Source: Elusimicrobiota bacterium
GTDB taxonomy: Bacteria > Elusimicrobiota > Elusimicrobia > F11
Assembly (NCBI GenBank): GCA_044221725.1
Contig: JBGAON010000001.1
Span: forward strand, 384,001-448,000
Length of the DNA: 64,000 nucleotides
Reading direction: 5' to 3'
Shown here piece after piece: positions 7,601-15,452 of this stretch; position 1 is the first letter of the stretch, and the number at the start of each line of letters is the position of its first letter. A program made the position numbers and the translations under genes. The notes below the pieces were generated by a model. The model was not told where the DNA came from and searched no databases. It saw nothing but the letters and a program-made list of their open reading frames with translations.

Positions 7601-8621
7601 GGCCCCTCTCGCCCTTTCCTCCTTCACGAACGTGTTGACGACCGCCGAGACCGATTTCAAGAACACAAAGGTGTGTGATTTGACGGGACTCAGTGTCACG
7701 GGATTTGATTTTTCGGGTCCACCCAACTTTGGCCCCGACTTGGACGCGGTGTGGTTGGAGGGAACAGGCCAAATGGCGCTTGCCTATTACCTTACCGACA
7801 ATCTCGCGAAAGGCGATTTTTACCTGCAAGAGCTCGATAAAGCGATCGTGAACACGTCCGCCAACGGCCAGGGCATGGCGTACGCGACGAACAACGGCAC
7901 CGCCTACGGTTTTAATATGAATTCGCTGAATCCAGCCATAAGTTCAATGGCGTGGTATCTGTTTGCAAAGCAGAAATTCAATCCGTTCAAGCCTTATCCG
8001 ATTTATGAGTTAAAAATCATGGACACGGCGTCCGGGACCGAACGTTCGTCGGTTGGCTTTACGGTTTCGGTTCCCGCGGCATGGGTGCGAGCGGATCAAT
8101 ACATCAAGCTCGATGTGCAACCGAATTCGGTCGATCCGTGGGGCTTGCAAATTTTGACGGATAACACGCAGCCAACCGTGGTTCCTCGTTTTGTTGATCC
8201 CACGCCGGGAACAACGTCCAATTCGGACTCGAATCCAGCGGGACTCCTTTTGGAATTGACCGGTCAAACAACAACGCCGTACCAAATCAACATGGCGTGG
8301 AGCGTCAAGGATACGAGCGCAACCGCCACCATGCCAATCGCAACCGATCCAAATTCCGGCGCGCCAAACTCCTTTCAGTGGATTTTTATGAAAGACCGCG
8401 CGACTCCAGACATTCCTTCAATGAACACGGTCGCGTTTGCGAACGGGCAAGATGATGTGATTGTTCGAAAAGCCGTGAGCGGAAGTCATACGTCCCAGGG
8501 ACCTGCCGGATACACCGCTTCCGTTTCGCCGGACTACTTATTTCTAGAAGCAAATTTTAATTCCGCTGCGGCCCAGGTCCGCTACTTAGCGCATATCACG
8601 TTCGAATTTTTCCTGCAATGA
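4644..8621 (+). CDS. Large secreted multidomain protein: 3 CBM-like beta-sandwiches with Ig-like spacers, a six-hairpin glycosidase-like domain and a C-terminal subunit-like domain
   Basis: Three repeats of G.L.FW...W..(I/V)VI.(L/I)...(I/V)D..(R/K)W. Helical domain with YTYDQALAA, GPNAW, KSTEHN, ALDAYSW, GFDF and VWLEGTGQMALAY. C-terminal domain homologous to CDS 1711-2544. TAATG overlap with the upstream gene. Confidence 0.7.
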   Translation: MEANNYCRHSRESGNLGLKQFFEFRLKAWIPAFAGMTLLLLPGLVHSEATKEYTRDAGIYSANPFSIFTFSFSSINVDFDSTSDPNPPEGLKVASTTVATQWGGWGIFNTTAMGNNVVTDLNFSDYVNGHLRFWLKSQIALDVKIEYQQGSNAVQVSSSVASTGNAWKEIVIPLQSGGFGLNNGQMNRIRSPFIVVAPQTTGVQKQWFIDHVRWTKPVTSIVMYPPSTTVQQGFHRLFTAEGRDAANERVIIYPTFSVSPTVGTFTPADPTPVTASRLNATGASGVANAVFSPLSASSVVTITGSHINDELGLLSETIPSSLILNTDSELDVSSGGGGTDPVLLDESSSDVREGVRRFKTTISAQPANGFSGWFIQWSTNAANTVTRDMSNYYDGSLRFWFKGPAALQNVLQISVRSGNTEAGTELSKVNLKNYVTFDDTWRPVVIPISDFTGARPKADLSRMKILFGAFAVGAVGSVQTFYIDNLRWDTNIPGALASLTVSPASVTVPLSAKRQFVAKGFDANGVSVDIFPTWTITGGIGSVNPSQGAITQLTAASSAQSGTLKASQGAVSATASVNVADVQWVQSFNVYSDNGSGGFVGVAKGTNNGTVMNLSEQNLGAGVAPEGKFVRQSNYTLVNNPNLQDAFAIWFTNADAGTGSRFMHYFDTGYLYFWVRTTQDLQISIRSANITAGNERSKFRLSELGVPLDNNWQKVVIALADFKNREPLLDFDQIQTYFAIGAVSSQIGPVTNQTFDVDDVKWLTNNPGQPDDNKIYIGLKEKQAAGGLVRSFDTLLDAYTYDQALAAMNYTYRKDVALSKKVFDVYKYVHDNYGGTFSGFHEDYNINSAVGGYTVLNSSRVAGPNAWILLAMIHYRNVTGSTAYDTVINDVAAWLRGLQGADGAVQFGRVNSTLITLKSTEHNFDVVAAFRAYAKMSGNSAYNSYADAARNWLQTQMYVPAQQRFNVGTYANGTTNTDRALDAYSWAPLALSSFTNVLTTAETDFKNTKVCDLTGLSVTGFDFSGPPNFGPDLDAVWLEGTGQMALAYYLTDNLAKGDFYLQELDKAIVNTSANGQGMAYATNNGTAYGFNMNSLNPAISSMAWYLFAKQKFNPFKPYPIYELKIMDTASGTERSSVGFTVSVPAAWVRADQYIKLDVQPNSVDPWGLQILTDNTQPTVVPRFVDPTPGTTSNSDSNPAGLLLELTGQTTTPYQINMAWSVKDTSATATMPIATDPNSGAPNSFQWIFMKDRATPDIPSMNTVAFANGQDDVIVRKAVSGSHTSQGPAGYTASVSPDYLFLEANFNSAAAQVRYLAHITFEFFLQ
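4665..4754. repeat. REP/dRS3-like palindromic element (90 bp) inserted in frame in the 5' end of CDS 4644
   Basis: 29-bp inverted arms cgtcattcccgcgaaagcgggaatctagg (4665-4693) and cctggattcccgctttcgcgggaatgacg (4726-4754) with 1 mismatch. Each arm contains ATTCCC-N8-GGGAAT. Translates as RHSRESGN...WIPAFAGMT. Confidence 0.85.
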
Positions 8622-10798
8622 TTCTCGATCCGTCGCCGATTTCTGCGTCCGATCGAAAGTTAAAACATCCTTCCGCAGAAAAGAAATCGGGGCGGCGCGA
8701 AAAGGTCGGATTTGCGTTGCTGATCCTGTTGGCGTTTGTCGGGTCTTTCGGCATCTGGAGATGGGAGCCGAAATGGGCCAAGCCATCCGTCCCGCCCGTT
8801 GAAAAGCCGCTGGTACGGCTTCCCGTGCCAGACACCATCGATGAGCGCCACCGCGAACACATTAAAAACGTTTTGTCGGTGATCGAATCCAACATCAATC
8901 CCGAAACCTACCTCGCCTACAGTTTCAGTGGAGACAAAAGACTCGAGTATTGGAGCGTTGTCTACGACAATTGCATTCGCGCGATCGTTCACTTGCAAAC
9001 CGGACAGCCGGAGCTCGCCAAGAAAATAATCGACTACTTCATCGATAACACCGCGATCCAAAAAATCGGTTGGGTTCGGAAGAATCACCGGTTGGTGGCT
9101 CGGACGGGGTGGGTCATAAATATTGTCGATGCGTCGGAATCGCGTGCGGGCGGTCGTGGCATCGAACATATTGCGCATACCGGCCCCAACGCTTACCTCG
9201 GAATTGCAGCGCTCCATATTTTTGAAGTGACGGGGGAGCAAAAATATTTGCGGTTCGCCAAGAAACAGTGGGAATTATTAAAGGATTTGCAGAACGAAGA
9301 TCCGCAAGATCCGAATTTCGGCGGAATTCGTATGGGGCCCATGGGCAATCCCGCCAATCCACGCGAGCAGCGCTTGGATTTTAAACCATCGAATCCGTCG
9401 TTCTATGAGTTTTATAACGGTGAGCATGCGGCGGATTTTAAAGCGTTTTCCGAACTCCTTTCGGTTTACGATCTCGAAAATCAAGAACGCTATGAAAAAG
9501 CAGTGGATCTCATTGAGACGTGGGATCACCGAATTTACGATGCCGAAAAACATTTGTTTTATATCGGTACCACCGAAAAGAAATTTTTTGATCCAAACAT
9601 CGGGCAATGGATAAGCGTCGGGGTAATTCCGATGTATCCACTCGATACAAGCTCGTTAAAGATTTCCGCCTATGGAGTTGATGGATTGGAACAGTTTGAG
9701 AAGAACGCCGCGCAGAAAATTCGCAAAGCGATCGATGACAACTTCAAGGTGACCGTGAGGATCCCCGATGGCAGCGGAGGTTTCAAGTCCGTTTCCGGTT
9801 ATGACTTTGTTTGCAATTCGGACCGAGCGCGACTGATTCGCTTCGTTGAAATGGGACACTACGGCGACCGAAAAATAAACGAAGGCATCGGACGCGAACC
9901 GCTGCTCAGTGACGAATGGTCGAATTGGGTAGCGCTCGCCGATCTTCGACTCACCGCTGACTTTGAAAAGAAAAACGACAACCGAAAGGCCACGATGTAT
10001 TCAAACGCTTACTATGAAAACGCGCTCGTGAGCTCGATGAAAACGTCGATGTCGGTCGATGGGGGGCTTGCATATCCCTACGCGCAACCGCTGCCCGATT
10101 CGTTAAACAAGCCGGTCGGTTTCGGTTGGAACACACATCACGAGCCGTACGCGATCATTGGCGGTGCCGCGCGAATTCTGGGCATTTTGCGATTTGATCC
10201 GTTTCTCGCGCGTGGCGGGGATCGATCAACGACGGTCAATGTCGAGGTGAAGAAACTGGGCAGGCCCATCGGAGAAATGCGTGACAAGGCCGTACTTTAC
10301 ACCGAGGCCGAGCTGTATTTGCGCGATGCGTGGCGGGATTTGCGCGTGGCACAAATCAATGGACCGAAAGCGGAGTTGTACTGGAGCTGTGCTCGAGCCA
10401 CGTGTGAGAGGATGCTTCGTGAACACCAAGATTGGGTTGATGTGGCGATGTCGCAGAACAACAGTTTAAGACTCTCGCGGCAGCCATTTCCTCTCACGGG
10501 GGTTGCGAATTTGACGGAACGAGATTTGGAGCCGGTTTATCGAAAATATTGGGCGCTTTATCATATCGGCACCGCGGAATTTATTTTGGTCGTTGCCAAT
10601 GCGGGGCTGCGCGATATTTACCGCGAGCGCGGCGACGTTGGGCGTGCCGACGCATTGAATCTAAAAGCCATTGAAGCGGCAAAACGAATTAAAAAAGATT
10701 TTTGTTTTGCGCAGTCTTACGACGAGGGCGGTTGGTTATGGCAACCCGCGCAAGCCATTAACGAATACGTTGATCTCGCGGGGCCGATAAATCACTAA
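8618..10798 (+). CDS. Membrane-anchored six-hairpin glycosidase-like protein (paralogue of the catalytic-like domain of 4644-8621) with a C-terminal helical/TPR-like domain
   Basis: N-terminal TM helix (VGFALLILLAFVGSFGIW). Motifs VVYDN, TGPNAY, NGEH, PLD, GYDF and SDEW are colinear with the upstream protein. C-terminal YWALYHIGTAEFI...AQSYDEGGWLWQPA. ATGA overlap. Confidence 0.6.
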   Translation: MILDPSPISASDRKLKHPSAEKKSGRREKVGFALLILLAFVGSFGIWRWEPKWAKPSVPPVEKPLVRLPVPDTIDERHREHIKNVLSVIESNINPETYLAYSFSGDKRLEYWSVVYDNCIRAIVHLQTGQPELAKKIIDYFIDNTAIQKIGWVRKNHRLVARTGWVINIVDASESRAGGRGIEHIAHTGPNAYLGIAALHIFEVTGEQKYLRFAKKQWELLKDLQNEDPQDPNFGGIRMGPMGNPANPREQRLDFKPSNPSFYEFYNGEHAADFKAFSELLSVYDLENQERYEKAVDLIETWDHRIYDAEKHLFYIGTTEKKFFDPNIGQWISVGVIPMYPLDTSSLKISAYGVDGLEQFEKNAAQKIRKAIDDNFKVTVRIPDGSGGFKSVSGYDFVCNSDRARLIRFVEMGHYGDRKINEGIGREPLLSDEWSNWVALADLRLTADFEKKNDNRKATMYSNAYYENALVSSMKTSMSVDGGLAYPYAQPLPDSLNKPVGFGWNTHHEPYAIIGGAARILGILRFDPFLARGGDRSTTVNVEVKKLGRPIGEMRDKAVLYTEAELYLRDAWRDLRVAQINGPKAELYWSCARATCERMLREHQDWVDVAMSQNNSLRLSRQPFPLTGVANLTERDLEPVYRKYWALYHIGTAEFILVVANAGLRDIYRERGDVGRADALNLKAIEAAKRIKKDFCFAQSYDEGGWLWQPAQAINEYVDLAGPINH

Positions 10799-12870
10799 TG
10801 CCCCGCTACTTCGGGTGGGGGAGCGGACGGAATTAATTTGTTCGCACGGCAGAACCAATAGACAAACAGAAAATCCGTCGATGGATAAATCTTCGCGCCG
10901 TCGCCTTTCAGGCGTCGCGGATTGCGTTGCCATAGGAAGGAATCTTTCGGTCGATGGGACACCGGAAGCGGTTCGCGAGAAAAGCCGCTCCATTCCCCGC
11001 CACCGATCGTGTCCGCCAGTTCACGATCGTGCGCATCCCAAAATTCTTTTCCATATCCGTGACGGTTTTCCGGGTAAAGTGAAAGATCGCGCAGCACCTG
11101 TTCCATGTCGCCCTGCTCCTTTTTGGACGCAAGGCAATTGAACGCCGTAACCATCGGATTGTCTTCGCCGCGGTACGAACTCCATTCCCGTTTCAGTAGG
11201 GAACGGTAACTCGCTTGAACCGTCGGATTTTTTTCCAACGAAATAAGATTCATGAGAGCCAGTGTTCCTAGGTAACCCCGGCGTTCCGAATTCGCGCGTG
11301 GATTGCCAGCGGTTAATTGCGTAAGTTCATCTTCAATCCCGTACCAATCGAGTGCCGTTTTCAGAAGTGCATCTTGCGAATAAAGATTCTCCCGATAGTA
11401 ATCGCGAAATGTCGATTTCTCCGTGATCTCGGCCGCGGTTTTCACAATGTGAAGCGAAATTAACGCGTTGGACGCCAATATTTTTAGATCGGAGAATTCT
11501 CGTAGGCGTTGACCATCCTCTTTTTTCGGAAACCGTTTTAAAAGTGTCGTCAGCATGTCCGCCAATTTGATTCCGGGATACTCTTTGTTTGTGTAGCGTT
11601 TGGGGAACAAGTCCTGACGATATTGTTCGCGCAGCACATCACGAACGCGCTCACCCAGCAGAAACACTCCGTTCATCGTAGGCAATGTCAATTCGAAACA
11701 CCGTTGCTCGTCTTCCGCTTCAAGCGCCTTAATCACTTCTTTCATTCCGGGCCATAGTTCGCCGAACGGTAGGTAGCGTCGCGACATTTTGAGATTCTTG
11801 ACGAACTGGTGAACGTCTTTTTTGTCGTCCAATAGTTTGCGAATGCCCGAGCGAATTTCCGACTCTGAAAGGTACGGCGTGAGACTGAACAATGTTTTGC
11901 TGCCGCTTTTTACGGCCAGATCATCACGCAAAAACTTCGTCGCGATACGGTCCACGTCATCTCTCATTTGCTTTTTTAGCGCGGGGTTCGTGATCCGCGG
12001 ATAGGCGACGGACATCGCGAGAAAGAACGAAGTGTAAACGTCCTTGCTTGGAATTTTTGAAAACGGGTTTCCATCGACGTCGACGTAACGTGTGATGATG
12101 GGTTCGTCAAATGTTCCTTTGATCGCGTTGTGCAAGGTCGCGAGCCCATTTTCGAGCGCCTGATAGGTAAGCGCATCGCCGGTGGCCGCGTACTTCCATG
12201 CGAGCGACGTGACATAGAATCCGGTGTAGGTGGTGGCGTCGCCTGTCTCATCGGGCGCTCCGTTCAACTCCCGGGAAACCACGAAGCCGTTTTCCAGATG
12301 ATCATGCGCCAGCTTGTCGGCAAGGCGCGTTGCCTTCTGTTCAATCGCTGTTAGGGATACCTCAGAAAACCGCTCAAATTGGATCGAACTGATTTCACCG
12401 TTCGCGAGCCCAATCCAGTACACACGCGGTTCGATTGTGTGTCGCTCCCGGCTTTCCATCGAAAACTCCAACCAGCGCGGCTCGTAGCGGTTGGGCCCCG
12501 AAAAATCTGCAATCTGGAGCTCGCGCTGCGCGATGAGTTTGTCGGTGGTTGTATCCCAGAGCTCAATTCGGAAAAGCCCGTAAGATGAAAACAATAATCC
12601 TTTCTTCGGATAATGACCGCGTCGCATTTCGAACGTGGCGCGATAGAGTCCGGGTTCCAGGAACAGCGGATCCTTAAGTCCCGAGATGGCGTAACCCGGA
12701 CGATCCCGCTTGTAGTCCAACTCCCATCCTCGAAATCCCGCTTTTCCGACGGAGTGGAGGGCTTCTGTTTTTACAACGATTTCTCGCACCATCGTGCGAG
12801 GAGGAGCGGTCACTTCGGCGGTCGCCGCGGCGGCCAGCAAAATTCCGACGAGAAAAGATGCTTTTTTCAT
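10795..12870 (-). CDS. Secreted hypothetical protein, 691 aa; N-terminal beta-sandwich plus a helical, possibly (alpha/alpha)6 domain
   Basis: Long ORF with ATG at 12870, an AAGGGA RBS and signal peptide MKKASFLVGILLAAAATA. Motifs GDATTYTG, AWKYAATGD, SKDVY, WQRNP and DFLFVYW. Convergent 4-bp overlap with the upstream operon. Confidence 0.6.
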   Translation of the reverse strand: MKKASFLVGILLAAAATAEVTAPPRTMVREIVVKTEALHSVGKAGFRGWELDYKRDRPGYAISGLKDPLFLEPGLYRATFEMRRGHYPKKGLLFSSYGLFRIELWDTTTDKLIAQRELQIADFSGPNRYEPRWLEFSMESRERHTIEPRVYWIGLANGEISSIQFERFSEVSLTAIEQKATRLADKLAHDHLENGFVVSRELNGAPDETGDATTYTGFYVTSLAWKYAATGDALTYQALENGLATLHNAIKGTFDEPIITRYVDVDGNPFSKIPSKDVYTSFFLAMSVAYPRITNPALKKQMRDDVDRIATKFLRDDLAVKSGSKTLFSLTPYLSESEIRSGIRKLLDDKKDVHQFVKNLKMSRRYLPFGELWPGMKEVIKALEAEDEQRCFELTLPTMNGVFLLGERVRDVLREQYRQDLFPKRYTNKEYPGIKLADMLTTLLKRFPKKEDGQRLREFSDLKILASNALISLHIVKTAAEITEKSTFRDYYRENLYSQDALLKTALDWYGIEDELTQLTAGNPRANSERRGYLGTLALMNLISLEKNPTVQASYRSLLKREWSSYRGEDNPMVTAFNCLASKKEQGDMEQVLRDLSLYPENRHGYGKEFWDAHDRELADTIGGGEWSGFSREPLPVSHRPKDSFLWQRNPRRLKGDGAKIYPSTDFLFVYWFCRANKLIPSAPPPEVAGH

Positions 12871-13007
12871 TTCCCTTGAGGGTATCCCCAAGAGTCTTCG
12901 TTTTCGAGTCGGTTGCCCGTCGAAAACGAGCCGAAAAGACTAAGTGTTGCTTTGCTCGGTCTTTGATAGCATTATCGCGGTCCAAAAAAACAAGATAGGG
13001 AGGATGT

Positions 13008-13493
13008 ATGAAGAAGCTCGTAGCAATTAGCGTAGCAGCGTTGACGATGGCGCCCTCGTTGGTTTTGGCAAAAGGCAACCATCCTATGGCAGGATGCGGA
13101 CTCGGTTATGTGTTGTTGTCCAATAAAGACAATTCAAAAGTGACTCAGATTCTCGGCGCAACGACGAACGGCACCTCTGGAAACCAGACGTTCGGAATCA
13201 GCTCCGGAACCTCGGGTTGTACCGAAGACGGAGCCGTTAAAGTGGTGAAAGCGGCCGAAGTGTATGCCGAGGTAAACCTCGATAGTCTTCGCCATGATAT
13301 GGCGGCGGGTGACGGCGAATTTGTTCGGACCTTTGCCTCGCTTCTTGGTGCCAGCGATGCAAATGTGCCGGCTCTCGTGAGCGTGTTTCACGCGAACTAT
13401 GCGTCTCTTTTCCCGAGCGCAACAATCTCCACCGGTGACATGCTCGATCAGCTCAGCAGCGTGTTGTCCAGCCACAAAGATCTTTTGAGCTAA
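13008..13493 (+). CDS. DUF3015 family secreted protein
   Basis: GGAGG RBS, signal peptide, and motifs AGCGLG and TTNGTSGNQTFGISSGTSGC, then DMAAGDGE. Confidence 0.88.
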   Translation: MKKLVAISVAALTMAPSLVLAKGNHPMAGCGLGYVLLSNKDNSKVTQILGATTNGTSGNQTFGISSGTSGCTEDGAVKVVKAAEVYAEVNLDSLRHDMAAGDGEFVRTFASLLGASDANVPALVSVFHANYASLFPSATISTGDMLDQLSSVLSSHKDLLS

Positions 13494-13515
13494 TTTCCGT
13501 CCCCTCCTCAAATCG

Positions 13516-13565
13516 CCCCTCATCCGACCGAAGCTCCGTGCGACGGCGGATGAGGGGTTTTTTTT
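13516..13565 (+). terminator. Intrinsic terminator/attenuator between DUF3015 and DUF4105
   Basis: 11-bp stem cccctcatccg (13516-13526) / cggatgagggg (13547-13557) followed by T8, ending 3 nt before the ATG at 13569. Confidence 0.75.
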
Positions 13566-13568
13566 GAC

Positions 13569-15452
13569 ATGAAACGTTCCCGAAATCTTGTTGTCTTCAT
13601 TCTTCTGTCCCTTGCTGGCGTTCCGTCGCACGCTTCGGTGGAGGAATTAATTTTGAAGGCCCACGAAAGAAATGTTGCGCAGGATTCCTATTGGTTGCGG
13701 CTGCTGCATTACAAACGTGGCGTGTTCGGTGGCATGAAAAGCGACATTGATGGGAATAACTTCTTTTTGTCCAAAGACGGGCGCCACGATCCCACGGCCG
13801 AACTGGACGCCACGCTTCGGGCGTTTTACGATCCGATTCCGGCGAGCAGCGATACGCAACATCCGCAATGCCGTTATCCGGCGCGATTTGCTTGGTTAAA
13901 CGAGCGGCTCCAATTTGGCACCGATATGCCGCGCACGCGTTGCGAGCGTTTCGAATCGTGGGAGCAAAAAATGGAACCGGAGTCGCTGTCGATTGTTTTC
14001 GCTGGTTACTATTTGAACAATCCCGCGTCGATGTACGGACATACGTTTCTTCGGGTGGGGCGTGCGACGCATCGTGGTAGCGAGAAGCCACTGTTGGATT
14101 ACACCATCAACTTTGCAGCGAACACGCCCACGCGAAACGGGATTGTTTTTGCGGCAATGGGGCTTGCTGGCGGCTATCCGGGCACGTTCACGGCTCTTCC
14201 TTATTATATGAAGGTCCAGCAGTACAACAATTTGGAGTCACGCGATTTGTGGGAATATCAGCTAAATTTTTCGTCCGCGTCCGTCCATCGGTTGCTTGCG
14301 CACGTGTGGGAACTGGGTCCCACGTCGATCTCCTATTACTTTCTCAACAAAAATTGCTCGTACCAACTTTTGCCGTTGCTGGAAGTTGCGGATCCAAAAC
14401 TGAATCTTTCGGGCCAATTTCATTTTCGTGCAATTCCAATTGATACGCTGCGGACCGTGATTGAACAACCGCAAATCGTGTCAAAGCGCGTATTTCGGCC
14501 GTCGGCGTTGCGGCGAATGATTGCTTCTCGTGATGTGTTGACGCACGATGAGCGGGCGGTTGCTCAGAAATTTCCGGAATCGGATTTGTCTCGATATTCG
14601 GCTCCGGAGCAACGTCGTATTCTCGACGCGTCGTACGATTATCTGCGTTACAAATACGGTTACAAAAGAAATCAATCGAACGACATGCGCGAGCGCGAAC
14701 AGAAGATTTTGCTTGCCATGAACAAACTTCCGAAAGATCCGGCGATCGCGCCTTCAATAAATATTGCGGAACCGGCTCCGCCGGAGTCTTCTCACCGAAC
14801 GGGGCGGATCGGACTGGCGTTTGGTGCAACGCGCGACACGACGTTCGAAGAAATTTCGGCGCGAGGTGCGCTGCACGATTTTGAGTCAAGCCAAAACGGA
14901 TTTGTGGAAGGCAGTCAGTTGGAAATGCTGTCGTTTCGTGCACGTTGGAATAATGAGAATGGTCACGCGACCGTGGAAGATTTTACGGCGATCAGTGTGT
15001 TGTCGATGACGCCGCGTGAAGAATGGGTTAAGAAACCATCGTGGCATTTAAAGATCAACTACGGACACGCGCATGACTTGGGAAAATCACCGGACGGCGA
15101 CGGTTATGCCGGCGTGGGCGGTGGATCCGGTGCGTCCGTGCGTGTTCCGATTTTGCGAGGTGGCATTGCCTACGCCATGGTGGATGTGGACAGTGGCGTT
15201 GGCGGCGTTTTCCGGGATTATTATCGATTGGGCGCCGGTGGTTCGACGGGCGTGGTGCTTGGCGTAACGAAAATTTGGCGCGCGCACTTCATCGGTTCTT
15301 ATATCCGCTATGGAATTGGCGACATCAGTTCGGCCAATCGGTTGCGGCTTGTTCAGGCCGTGGAACTGCCGAAGGATTTCGAATTGCGTCTGACACTAAA
15401 TCGCGAAAACTATTACCGCGACGGAATTTTCTCCCTAAACCGCTATTTCTGA
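13569..15452 (+). CDS. DUF4105 (Lnb-like N-terminal domain) outer-membrane protein
   Basis: WLRLLHY, QCRYPARFAWL, NNPASMYGHTFLR, YNNLESRDLWEYQL and YYFLNKNCSY motifs. C-terminal beta-strands end in YF. Follows DUF3015 as in known pairs. Confidence 0.88.
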   Translation: MKRSRNLVVFILLSLAGVPSHASVEELILKAHERNVAQDSYWLRLLHYKRGVFGGMKSDIDGNNFFLSKDGRHDPTAELDATLRAFYDPIPASSDTQHPQCRYPARFAWLNERLQFGTDMPRTRCERFESWEQKMEPESLSIVFAGYYLNNPASMYGHTFLRVGRATHRGSEKPLLDYTINFAANTPTRNGIVFAAMGLAGGYPGTFTALPYYMKVQQYNNLESRDLWEYQLNFSSASVHRLLAHVWELGPTSISYYFLNKNCSYQLLPLLEVADPKLNLSGQFHFRAIPIDTLRTVIEQPQIVSKRVFRPSALRRMIASRDVLTHDERAVAQKFPESDLSRYSAPEQRRILDASYDYLRYKYGYKRNQSNDMREREQKILLAMNKLPKDPAIAPSINIAEPAPPESSHRTGRIGLAFGATRDTTFEEISARGALHDFESSQNGFVEGSQLEMLSFRARWNNENGHATVEDFTAISVLSMTPREEWVKKPSWHLKINYGHAHDLGKSPDGDGYAGVGGGSGASVRVPILRGGIAYAMVDVDSGVGGVFRDYYRLGAGGSTGVVLGVTKIWRAHFIGSYIRYGIGDISSANRLRLVQAVELPKDFELRLTLNRENYYRDGIFSLNRYF

